Shown here piece by piece: positions 9,001-17,059 of a DNA stretch of 64,000 nt; positions within the stretch are counted from its first letter, which is position 1, and the number at the start of each line of letters is the position of its first letter. Source of the DNA: a virus. Lineage: Duplodnaviria > Caudoviricetes. The notes under the pieces were generated by a model that was not told the DNA's origin, searched no databases, and saw only the letters and a program-made list of their open reading frames with translations. Both the position numbers and the translations under genes were made by a program. Location: IMG/VR virus record IMGVR_UViG_3300027969_000040. The stretch is one strand, 5' to 3'.

Positions 9001-11414
9001 CAGAGGGAGAGGAATATGTTACTATTGCAGTTGTATACAATGGAACACAACAATCTTCATTGGAAGGACCGGTATTGATTGCTGATACTTCAAAAGTAAC
9101 ATACGAATTTACCAATACCCCGGCTGGTGTCAACGAAGGTGATGTAGCAAATTTTAGTATACGTACCACTGGAGTATCCGACGGAACAAGATTATACTGG
9201 CGTATTAATCATATCACTACACAACCGGCAGACTTTTCTAACGCAGCAACAAAATTTGAGGTGTTATACGCATTTGCAAGTAACCCACTTGCACCTCTTA
9301 AACCGTCGTCTAATGCAGTAATTGATTATTGGATGATAAATGGTTTATCTACATTTAACTACAGCATATTAACAATCAGGTCTGGAGATCCAGCACTTGC
9401 ACAACAAATTGATGCAGCCCGAATTGCAGATTCAACAGGCACAACCGGACAAGCTATATTAGCTACACGAGCAGCAGTGTTAAAGGCCTATAACGAGTAT
9501 TATCAGGCCCAAATGTTTCCAGGTGAAAATGATATAAGGTATTGGATGACCAATGGATTGGGAATAAACAACAATACATTTATAATTGCAATTCAAAACG
9601 CAAACTCGGCCAACCCTGCATTGCAATTAGGGATACTACAGGAGAGAGCAGACCTCATTGGTATAAACACACGATGGGAAGTAATATATGCATTTGCTGG
9701 ATGTCCTTATGCAACAATTACTCCAACTGAGCTAGAAATAGCCGATTGGAGATGTAGAGGGCTGGCTGGGTTCCAACAAAATATGGTATCTAGATATACC
9801 GGAATAAGAGCATCTACAATTTCAGCTCAAAGAGATGCAGATAAGTTGATATCCGGTGGTGGTGCAGGACAATATGTTGTTAGTTCGAGAACGCAGGTAT
9901 TAGCAGCATATCAAGATGACCCTGACGCTAACCCGTATCCAACTGAAGTTGAAATACGTTATTGGATGGAACACGGATTGGGAGTTAACAATGTAACATT
10001 TAGTAATGCAGTACAGACAGACAAAACACAAAGCCCAACTACTTATGCTCAAAATTTAGCAATTAGAACACAACTAACAAGTAATAAGTCAAAAGCATGC
10101 AAAGGGTCAATTTTAGTACAGAGTGACACATGTACATTTGGTCTAAAAGCCAGGGCCGATATGTTAGCCGAAACTGAACAAAAATTTACAATAAGTTTAA
10201 GTACTACCGAAAACGGAGAACCAGTTGCAACTACTAGCATTATTACTATTGCAGATACTAGTGTGGAAATATATTCAACAGTTCCAGTAGATTATACTGG
10301 AATACAGTATTCTTATTCCAATTCTGTATCTGGTGGTACATCCTGGTATACAGTAGGTTATGGTTATCCAATATTAATTGATTCTACCAGTTTAAATTTA
10401 AATGGGTTGGGATCATTAGGAACGTCTCCTGGTGGATCGTTTGTAGTTAGCGGCGGTATAGGTGCTGTTACACCAACATTAAATGGAACATCTCCTAATT
10501 TTACTATTAATAATCCAACTAGTAACAATCTAATTTATCAAATTGTAGTAGAATACTTTGTTAGATCAAACTTAACAATTTTATATTCAATATATCGAGA
10601 AGTATCACCGGGCAACGATATTCTGATACAAGAAGATACCGCATTATTTAATAGAGTAACTGGATTAGATCCTGATGAATTTCCGTATAGTCGATATAAC
10701 TATTGGCCTTTAACTCAAACCGGATATGTTACCATTCCCGGGGGTACTACATATACATTTAAAATAAAAATGTCCGCCACTAGCTATAATTCTATTCCTG
10801 CTGGAAGTGGGCTAGTTTCTCAAAGCGCACCGCTTATAGTTTATTGTGATCCAAGTGGATTACGCAGAATTTCAGTCAATCTAGTTACATCAGTTAACCC
10901 AGGGTATGGATTACCTTTTTATTGGATCGAGGGACACTCAGATCAAAATTATATTCCGCCATCGATATATTATGTATATTTTAATACCATTGGGCAAACA
11001 ACAGTTGCAATAAACGAAGGTGCTTCATTTAATGTAATACTAACAGGACTATATCTGGCAGATGCTACATATACGTGGACTCTGTATCGTACTGCTGGTG
11101 GTGGTGCCGTTGCTGGCACCGACTTCATTACAGTAACTGGTACGGTTGCGGTAACTAGTAATTATGGATCATTTGGGGTAACTTCAAAATCTGATGCTCT
11201 AACAGAAGGAACAGCAACGTATTATGTTACTATTTCTCTTGCTGGATCAATAATAATAACTTCTGATACTATTGCAGTTACAGTCTACGATACTAGCTTG
11301 ACACCGCCACCACCACCACCGCCGTATTATCCACCACCACCACCACCATCACCACCGGCGCAAAGTTGGTGGTCATCCTGGATGAGCGGGTCCTGGGGCG
11401 ACTGGCGCTGGTAA
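6063..11414 (+). CDS. Giant virion adhesin/fibre (1783 aa) with He_PIG repeats, Calx-beta-like domains and DUF4214-like modules
   Basis: Five He_PIG-type units, EG...LYW...AD..TEG.E.F beta-sandwich units, R[KN]PDxxGLxxW motifs and a poly-Pro tail; the likely start is the ATG at 6069. Confidence 0.75.
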   Translation: MIMTIKVSDFASSSLSGNVVLTAKTAIFTTTIVADGFPEGAAKIIAKLRKDSETGNVLAASDTILINDNSQAGTGVAITVLPFTLVQPIRLVAYSRQLTGAGGTAPYQFSYTGSLPTGLDLLPNGILTGIPLEVGVFNFTVTATDVNTDFGSTVYQLAVTGPGIYLFPATLNAGYTNLLYNTSVAATGGLPPYEFTISQGALPTGVVLTLSGNFEGKPQDAGPVAIVVTATDSNGNTGSKSYIININRISVVVSPPTLPPAFKKLPYSQAITGTGGTLPYSWSVISDDTFPTGILLDPATGVVSGTTVVVGSKSITVKITDKDGNYGTANYTFLSNEVSIYITPNTAILASIQINSTYNQVLTATGGVYLPNTTPSYTWIVFSGALPPGITFNGVSGTLAGRPTEIGNYSFSIQATDGYQNSGTRSYLFNVLPVTVTVSPAELGLITIGEPYTQVFSATGGEAPYTYSVHAGTLPSGITLNPNGTLTGTTYVTLERNVTIKITDVNGNFVLKQIKASVASDHWIISLKNVNSVSLESYSAAESSNNPGSINTINENEYATRVVVSSRYSTGNETLYWNIAQAPGVSAHPVGNDFGIITASTVTKSIYDFDTSFATEFSFNAGQITLAKWIATNLYQSNSTFNTDTGTKYGLFRKPDAAGLASWVRGATVNNWGVGNVSLVNQFFKGVSTELDYSRSLTSNKTLLSDANQSGSNFYDRPDSVGGTIITFDPYTYTNGYSQEFNVVGADLTLAQWIGANLYTSNDQFTTNLTPAVRYGLFRNPDLLGLNGWVNRAKVMSWGVNNANLINEFFSNAAISALDGPRSLTNKKDFIAGHSPGDVFYDRPNKTGMLALSAVADSTTEGAEQFIVEIRQNSLTGPVVAATDNITIADNSTASSTVYNNDAIGFRNFIYRVSEGDTLNFEVLAPGNVPISALTTNLTQITVSTPSTATLPDFVVGTKTVPMVGRVGLASLTVVADMLTEGEEYVTIAVVYNGTQQSSLEGPVLIADTSKVTYEFTNTPAGVNEGDVANFSIRTTGVSDGTRLYWRINHITTQPADFSNAATKFEVLYAFASNPLAPLKPSSNAVIDYWMINGLSTFNYSILTIRSGDPALAQQIDAARIADSTGTTGQAILATRAAVLKAYNEYYQAQMFPGENDIRYWMTNGLGINNNTFIIAIQNANSANPALQLGILQERADLIGINTRWEVIYAFAGCPYATITPTELEIADWRCRGLAGFQQNMVSRYTGIRASTISAQRDADKLISGGGAGQYVVSSRTQVLAAYQDDPDANPYPTEVEIRYWMEHGLGVNNVTFSNAVQTDKTQSPTTYAQNLAIRTQLTSNKSKACKGSILVQSDTCTFGLKARADMLAETEQKFTISLSTTENGEPVATTSIITIADTSVEIYSTVPVDYTGIQYSYSNSVSGGTSWYTVGYGYPILIDSTSLNLNGLGSLGTSPGGSFVVSGGIGAVTPTLNGTSPNFTINNPTSNNLIYQIVVEYFVRSNLTILYSIYREVSPGNDILIQEDTALFNRVTGLDPDEFPYSRYNYWPLTQTGYVTIPGGTTYTFKIKMSATSYNSIPAGSGLVSQSAPLIVYCDPSGLRRISVNLVTSVNPGYGLPFYWIEGHSDQNYIPPSIYYVYFNTIGQTTVAINEGASFNVILTGLYLADATYTWTLYRTAGGGAVAGTDFITVTGTVAVTSNYGSFGVTSKSDALTEGTATYYVTISLAGSIIITSDTIAVTVYDTSLTPPPPPPPYYPPPPPPSPPAQSWWSSWMSGSWGDWRW

Positions 11415-11453
11415 TTTTTAATTATGATCAATCTAAAGTTAAGGTAAAATACA

Positions 11454-12683
11454 ATGCGCGACAGTATAACTATTAAAGAAAATCAATTTCAAGTTTGGTG
11501 GGAAATACGAACGGCAAACGTGCCAAACGGAACTACTCTTTATTGGACGTTGGGATTAGCCAACGGCGGCAGCCCGGGAGTTACGTTAGCCGATTTTGGA
11601 TTTGCACAAGAGTGGGGTACAGTAGTTATCAATGATAACTTTGCTAGTTTTCCAATGCGAGCAGTAGAGGATCAAGCATATGAGGGCCCGGAGTATTTTG
11701 TATTGCAATTAAGAACAAATAGTCAGTATGGTCCTGTTGTTGCAATTAGTAATTCTGTAAAAATTGTTGATACTAGTATTGGTGTACCAGCAGCACCGCC
11801 ATATTATGCACCGCCAGCAGCACCGCCAGCAGCACCGCCAGCAGCACCGCCAGCAGCAGCACCGGTACCGGTATATAGTTTACTAGCATCTACTTTAGTT
11901 ATAGAAGAAGGAAATTCGATTACTTATACTTTAACTGGACAAAATATTGTAAATGGTACATATTATTGGTATGTTAATCATACAGATACTTCTGCCTTGA
12001 ACTTTGTAGCAGAAAATGGATCGTTTACTGTTACAAATAATTCAGGAAACTTTGTTGTAAACTCTGTTGTTAATCAAATGTTATCAAGTGGAAATCGAGC
12101 ATTTACAGTAAGCGTCTATAAAGAGACCACTTCTACTGTTAGCTTCTATGGGCTATATACTTATTATTCACGTGTTATATTAGTAACATCTAGCATATGC
12201 TATCTGACAGATGTTGGAAGCCCTGGGCCTGGCGGCGGCGGCGGCGGCGGTGGTGGTAGTGTTGCAGTTAATGCGTATATGCCACGTACTACTAAGAGAG
12301 CAGCCGAAATAGACGTCGGAGATCCGTTAGTGTTATTGTCTTTCGATAGACAAGGTATGATGCCGGGTATAACATTAAGTAATAGAATCAGTCAACAAAA
12401 TTTATTAACACTTATCAGTGAGTCGGGTATTAGATTAACAGTGTCAGACAATACTCCGTTAACATTACCAAATGGTGCATATGTTAATAGCACACAAGCA
12501 TTGGGTAATTACTTACCGGTGAAAGATTCAGATGGTTTCCGTTGGGAACGAATTGTAGAAGTAGTCGATGCAGGCAAAGGCCTTGTTGCTACAATATCGT
12601 GCGAGAATCAATGCTATGCCGCAGGTGACGAGCCGGACCGATTTATATGGACACATAATTTTGCTGCAATGGAAAAACTATAA
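11454..12683 (+). CDS. Virion fibre/adhesin with C-terminal Hint (intein-like) domain
   Basis: Two Calx-beta-like units, a Gly9 linker, then SVAVNAYM...VGD...LTVSDNTPL...WERIVEV...THN, ending in the Hint penultimate His-Asn. Confidence 0.7.
   Translation: MRDSITIKENQFQVWWEIRTANVPNGTTLYWTLGLANGGSPGVTLADFGFAQEWGTVVINDNFASFPMRAVEDQAYEGPEYFVLQLRTNSQYGPVVAISNSVKIVDTSIGVPAAPPYYAPPAAPPAAPPAAPPAAAPVPVYSLLASTLVIEEGNSITYTLTGQNIVNGTYYWYVNHTDTSALNFVAENGSFTVTNNSGNFVVNSVVNQMLSSGNRAFTVSVYKETTSTVSFYGLYTYYSRVILVTSSICYLTDVGSPGPGGGGGGGGGSVAVNAYMPRTTKRAAEIDVGDPLVLLSFDRQGMMPGITLSNRISQQNLLTLISESGIRLTVSDNTPLTLPNGAYVNSTQALGNYLPVKDSDGFRWERIVEVVDAGKGLVATISCENQCYAAGDEPDRFIWTHNFAAMEKL
11808..11855 (+). repeat. 12-bp tandem repeat GCACCGCCAGCA x4 encoding (APPA)n linker
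   Basis: Read directly from the sequence. Confidence 0.9.
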
Positions 12684-12700
12684 AATAAAGGAATACACAA

Positions 12701-12997
12701 ATGAAATATCACATCAGAGCATTCAACAAAGTTCTAGGTCATTTATATGTTGAGTTTGAAGGATTTGGAAATAAAGCAATAAATGTACCAATCAACGATG
12801 CTGGGCTTTATATAACTGGTACCGAGCTAGATGAATATATAGAAAGTTTTATACCAGAAGCCGAAGTTAAAAGGAAAGCTGCACTAGCAGCCGGAATACC
12901 AAATTGGGAAGAAATTCAAAATTTAGTACCAGAGCCGGATCAGCAAATCTTTGTAACAAATTCTAATCCAGTTATTAATACTGGACCAGTTTTATAA
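12701..12997 (+). CDS. Small protein downstream of fibre genes (possible fibre assembly chaperone)
   Basis: 98 aa ORF with AAGGA RBS; last gene of the + strand structural block. Confidence 0.45.
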   Translation: MKYHIRAFNKVLGHLYVEFEGFGNKAINVPINDAGLYITGTELDEYIESFIPEAEVKRKAALAAGIPNWEEIQNLVPEPDQQIFVTNSNPVINTGPVL

Positions 12998-12998
12998 C

Positions 12999-13241
12999 TC
13001 AGAGCCATCTTAAACAAAAATAAGTTAAATCCTCAGGGTGTAACTTAGCAATAACTTTAAAAAAATAATTGTAATTGTTGGGGTCGATGGCTTGTTCCCA
13101 TCTGGGCTTTTCCACAGCATGTCTCATAACCCATCGACCTGCTTCACTGGTCTCCCATTTGTATAGAGGCTCGGAGGCATACACACTAGGATCTTCTGCC
13201 CAAGCATCTACTAGAAATGTATGGACAACAATCTCTTGCAT
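12999..13241 (-). CDS. Hypothetical protein
   Basis: 80 aa ORF contiguous with thyX. Confidence 0.55.
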   Translation of the reverse strand: MQEIVVHTFLVDAWAEDPSVYASEPLYKWETSEAGRWVMRHAVEKPRWEQAIDPNNYNYFFKVIAKLHPEDLTYFCLRWL

Positions 13242-13244
13242 ATA

Positions 13245-13928
13245 TTATTCTGACACGTATTCTTCGGCCATTGGGAATATAGCAGAAATGGCTTTAGCAC
13301 AGGCCAATGCTACAAGTTGATGTTCTTTTTGTGTACCATTTGCACTACGTAGTTCTATAAAGTGAACCCAGCTACGTAATGTGCCATTCATATATAAACG
13401 GCTAACAGTATTACCTTCGGGCAGTATAGCTCTAGCCTGCTCTTTAGCAATACCTTGGTCTATTGCCCATGAATAATGCTCATGTACTAGATCTATTACC
13501 TGTTGCTGTCTACGGTTCCACTCGGCAGTAATACCCTGTTGTTTTGCATCATTAGCATCAATTTCTATGCTGTTTTGTCTATTCTTGGTATCCTGTAAGC
13601 GTGCCTCTCTAAGAACAAAGCTAAGATCCTTAGTAGGGTCTGCATAGCGTTGACTAAACTCTTGGAAACTAAAACTACGGTGCCTAAGAATTTGACGTGC
13701 AATATCCCGTGTGGTTTCAATTTCTACACAAGCCGAAACCATTTCAAGTGGACTCCAATGTGCGTGTTTAACCAGATACCGAATAAGTTTCTCACTAGAT
13801 TCAGTATTGAATTGATTAGACGGATTGCTTACACGAGCACAGTAGGCAATTAGCTCTTGTGCATCGTTAATACCTTGTTGTTGAAATTCAGTCGTGGGTT
13901 GTGAGAATGAAACTAAAGTTACGTTCAT
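13245..13928 (-). CDS. thyX: FAD-dependent thymidylate synthase
   Basis: RHRSFSFQEFSQRY ThyX motif, HAHWSPLE, AKEQARAILP, NGTLRSWVHF. Confidence 0.95.
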   Translation of the reverse strand: MNVTLVSFSQPTTEFQQQGINDAQELIAYCARVSNPSNQFNTESSEKLIRYLVKHAHWSPLEMVSACVEIETTRDIARQILRHRSFSFQEFSQRYADPTKDLSFVLREARLQDTKNRQNSIEIDANDAKQQGITAEWNRRQQQVIDLVHEHYSWAIDQGIAKEQARAILPEGNTVSRLYMNGTLRSWVHFIELRSANGTQKEHQLVALACAKAISAIFPMAEEYVSE

Positions 13929-14266
13929 AGGTCTTTAAGTATTTGGTCGGTTATAGGTTGAATGGCTTTTGCAACATCGTCAACATCAACATAAAAGTCA
14001 ACATCAACAATAATATGATCCAAGGCTGTTAACCGTGAATCTAACATTTCTTCGATCGCGCTAGGATCGTTTCCCTCGTCGATTAATTCTTTAACATCGA
14101 TATTAACTACAGTTCCATCTATTAGATTTACATTAAGTGACCGAAGTAACGTAATAGGAATTTCATTTTTTTCTACATCTTTAAGAATTTTTTTCCATTG
14201 ATCTCGAGGAGAAACATTAATCTTTTTTAACTTTGGGCGCGGCTTTTTTCTTGGTGGGAGTGACAT
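13925..14266 (-). CDS. Hypothetical protein
   Basis: 113 aa ORF overlapping the thyX start by 4 nt. Confidence 0.6.
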   Translation of the reverse strand: MSLPPRKKPRPKLKKINVSPRDQWKKILKDVEKNEIPITLLRSLNVNLIDGTVVNIDVKELIDEGNDPSAIEEMLDSRLTALDHIIVDVDFYVDVDDVAKAIQPITDQILKDL

Positions 14267-14891
14267 TTTTTGCAGTTATAGGGTCGAGCGCAGCGGCTTC
14301 TGTTAACAGACGATCAGCTTCTTTTAAAAGTTGCTCGGCATTGGCTTTCATAGTCTCGGCTTGTTTGATTCGGTCTTTGGCCAAATCGGCATCACTTAAC
14401 ACTTGGTCCGCTGGTGCTTGAATAGACGCAGGAATGGATCTACTAGAGCTAGGAACTCCTACTTCTCTTGGTTCTGGTTTACGTTTCTTACCAGTCATTC
14501 CGCGATCCGCATCTAACTCGGCAAGACGCTTAATTGCACTTTCGCCTTGTGCCATTTCATTTAAGATTGTATTCATTTCATCTAAACGAACAGAGCTAGT
14601 ACTATTGGGTGTCAGTATAACTTGATTAGTTGGGATTTTTTTAAGTAATCCGTTTTTATGTAATGCTTCTAGACAGTTAGTTCCGTCGGACATTAGATTT
14701 CTAAATAAGACATCTGACAAACTTTCGGCTGCTTGACCCGGCGCACTTTCTAAAACCGACATTACTGTGTCGTGATACATTCTTGGAAGTAAATCACTAT
14801 ATGCAACTAAGCACATATGATCTTCCCCAGGCAGGGTTCTAAATATTAATACAATTTTTTTGTTGTTATGTTTGCCAATATGTTTATACAT
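14217..14891 (-). CDS. Conserved hypothetical phage protein with C-terminal coiled coil
   Basis: 224 aa ORF with AAGGA RBS. Confidence 0.65.
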   Translation of the reverse strand: MYKHIGKHNNKKIVLIFRTLPGEDHMCLVAYSDLLPRMYHDTVMSVLESAPGQAAESLSDVLFRNLMSDGTNCLEALHKNGLLKKIPTNQVILTPNSTSSVRLDEMNTILNEMAQGESAIKRLAELDADRGMTGKKRKPEPREVGVPSSSRSIPASIQAPADQVLSDADLAKDRIKQAETMKANAEQLLKEADRLLTEAAALDPITAKNVTPTKKKAAPKVKKD

Positions 14892-14902
14892 AATAATTTC
14901 CT

Positions 14903-15130
14903 TTAAGTAGTGCTATTGCTTGATTCATCGTTTTTAGCCACATTAGCTGCATTAATAAAGGTTGTAATACGATCGTATAACGCACCCACACTTGACAATT
15001 CGTCCGGTTTCCAAGCGCCTCTTTTTGTTACAGTTTCTATAATCTGTAACATTATGTTTAGGTCGTTTAAACTTAATGTTGGTGTGTTTGGTGGAATCTC
15101 ACTAGATTCGTTATTTGAAACTTCAGACAT
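14903..15130 (-). CDS. Hypothetical protein
   Basis: 75 aa ORF with GGAG RBS and upstream TAAATA (15155-15160). Confidence 0.6.
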   Translation of the reverse strand: MSEVSNNESSEIPPNTPTLSLNDLNIMLQIIETVTKRGAWKPDELSSVGALYDRITTFINAANVAKNDESSNSTT

Positions 15131-15188
15131 AAATTGATTCTCCGATGATACACTTATTTAAGTGCAATGGCCATCGACCAATAAATTT

Positions 15189-15488
15189 TTATAATTTAAA
15201 ACTATTAATGTCTGACAGCACCAATGCAAAATACGATGCTTCACTATGTATCTCAAATCCGGCACGTTTACGCATAGAAAATCCACTGCTACCATCGGCA
15301 ATGGATACTACATCACCAAAATAAAACCTACCTTCGAGATTTTCAAATATCCAATTGACTATCTGACTAGCAGGCCCGGTTAGATCAAAGTCCACCGCAA
15401 AAAAATGTGGCGGGCAATGATCTAATTTACGTAATCCGTGTACGTTTAACGGATTAATCTGGAATGACTGTAGTGATTGTAACGTCAT
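15189..15488 (-). CDS. Hypothetical protein
   Basis: ORF in the operon; ATG at 15488 chosen over the TTG start. Confidence 0.55.
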   Translation of the reverse strand: MTLQSLQSFQINPLNVHGLRKLDHCPPHFFAVDFDLTGPASQIVNWIFENLEGRFYFGDVVSIADGSSGFSMRKRAGFEIHSEASYFALVLSDINSFKL

Positions 15489-15723
15489 TAAAAACAATTT
15501 CGTTGGCTAGATCTTCTAAATCCAATCGATCTTTAAGATACTCGTTTGCAGTTTCGACAAAACTATTTAATAGATGTGGCTGACTTGTCATGATCGAAAT
15601 CTCAGCTGAGCGAGCCAAATCATCCAAGTAACGCTCACAATCTAGTAACTTAATTTGTAAGTCTGTAATTACTTGACGAGCTTGTTTAAGACGTTTTACA
15701 GAGTCTGGATTTACAATTTTCAT
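15454..15723 (-). CDS. Hypothetical coiled-coil protein
   Basis: ATG at 15723 overlaps the vWA gene stop (ATGA coupling). Confidence 0.6.
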   Translation of the reverse strand: MKIVNPDSVKRLKQARQVITDLQIKLLDCERYLDDLARSAEISIMTSQPHLLNSFVETANEYLKDRLDLEDLANEIVFNDVTITTVIPD

Positions 15724-16979
15724 TTGACTGCATCCTCGTAGTGAGCCCAAATACCAAACGGTGGTTGAGCAGATTCATTACCTTTAATAATCCAAACAGT
15801 ATCGCAGTAGTTGGCATCACCCCAAGACCCATTTGGGTAACCGTCAGTGAACACAACCAACTTCTTAGGCTCAATTCCGTTCTCTTTCATGAATTCAAAG
15901 TTGGCTTCAAACAAAGTGCCACCGCCACCTGCTGGCTCGTACTCGGAAATTTGTTTCATGTTGTCTTGTGTGAATTCTTGCATATTATGAACATCAGTAT
16001 CAAAACACCACACTTTAATTTTGTAGTCGGTATAAGAATCCATAATGCCTTGGATTTCTCCTAAGAATATTTTAAGTTCTTCGTTACCAATACTACCTGA
16101 AGTATCAATGGCTACACAGATATCAACAGTTTCTCCATACTTGGTACCTGGCAAGATAGCATCCATATGCCAGCCTCTGCGGTTAACTCGCATAAAGCTG
16201 TAGTCATCTTTGATTGTACTTTGAATCTGTTGCAACAATAATTCGCGCCAGTCGATAACCGACTCAGTCATATCTTTAATTAGACGCTTGACACCATCGG
16301 GCAAATCATTAGAACCAGCAGCCTGTGCGGCCTGCAATACTGCTTCTTTGATTTCGTCACGCATGGCTTTGCGTTCGTCTTTGCTCAGTTTAGGCCGACC
16401 GTTGCCATCGCCGTCTTGATCACCATCACCATTGCCATCACTGTCATCTTCGTCTAGATGCTCATCCAACATTTGATCAATTAATTTTTTAATGTCGATC
16501 TTTTTTGCATTCTTATACAAGTCGTCGTAGACTTCCTCGTAGCTCATGCCGCGATACTTGCGATCTAGTAGAATTGGAACAGTGGTAATTTTTTGACCAA
16601 TATTGTGATCTACTAGATCTTGATTAACGCAATAGTCAGCGGCAATGTTACTAAGCACCGGGTCACGATTTTCACGACGTCCCAAATGATCATATACCAC
16701 ATGCAACACTTCATGCCCAAACAAGAACTCGCATTCTTTTAAACTTAGGCGATTAATAAATTCGCTATTGTACCAAAAATTACGACCGTCGGTAGCGGCA
16801 GTAGAGCACCAACTATCACCATTGATTAATTTTAACCGTGTTGCCAAGTTACCAAAGAACCCAGCTCGCAATAACAAACCTACACGAGCTGTAATAAGTT
16901 TTTCGCGGGCAATTGCATCAATCTTGGGATTAGTAACTGTAACGACTTTTTGCTTTTCTGCTAGGGTAGTGTCAGACAT
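15720..16979 (-). CDS. Metallopeptidase-like/vWA domain protein (DUF2201 type)
   Basis: TAATDG, HEVLH (HExxH), acidic linker, vWA MIDAS DTSGS, GGGT and VFTDG; adjacent to a MoxR ATPase. Confidence 0.85.
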   Translation of the reverse strand: MSDTTLAEKQKVVTVTNPKIDAIAREKLITARVGLLLRAGFFGNLATRLKLINGDSWCSTAATDGRNFWYNSEFINRLSLKECEFLFGHEVLHVVYDHLGRRENRDPVLSNIAADYCVNQDLVDHNIGQKITTVPILLDRKYRGMSYEEVYDDLYKNAKKIDIKKLIDQMLDEHLDEDDSDGNGDGDQDGDGNGRPKLSKDERKAMRDEIKEAVLQAAQAAGSNDLPDGVKRLIKDMTESVIDWRELLLQQIQSTIKDDYSFMRVNRRGWHMDAILPGTKYGETVDICVAIDTSGSIGNEELKIFLGEIQGIMDSYTDYKIKVWCFDTDVHNMQEFTQDNMKQISEYEPAGGGGTLFEANFEFMKENGIEPKKLVVFTDGYPNGSWGDANYCDTVWIIKGNESAQPPFGIWAHYEDAVK

Positions 16980-17001
16980 AATATATCCTGGTTAAAATTG
17001 T

Positions 17002-17030
17002 ATTATACACTATTCTTATCCGTTTGTCAA
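17002..17030 (-). promoter_or_regulatory. sigma70-type promoter TTGACA-N17-TATAAT for the vWA gene
   Basis: Perfect consensus read on the minus strand. Confidence 0.85.
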
Positions 17031-17033
17031 GAT

Positions 17034-17059
17034 AAAAAAGAGGCTTGCGCCCCTTTTTT
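17034..17059 (-). terminator. Intrinsic terminator after the MoxR gene
   Basis: AAAAAAGGGGC-GCAA-GCCTCTTTTTT hairpin with GNRA loop and U tract. Confidence 0.75.

Noticed and set aside
12258-12659. Classical splicing intein with homing endonuclease
   Set aside because: Only about 134 aa, no LAGLIDADG, missing block-B His, and the +1 residue is Phe rather than Cys/Ser/Thr, so splicing is unlikely.
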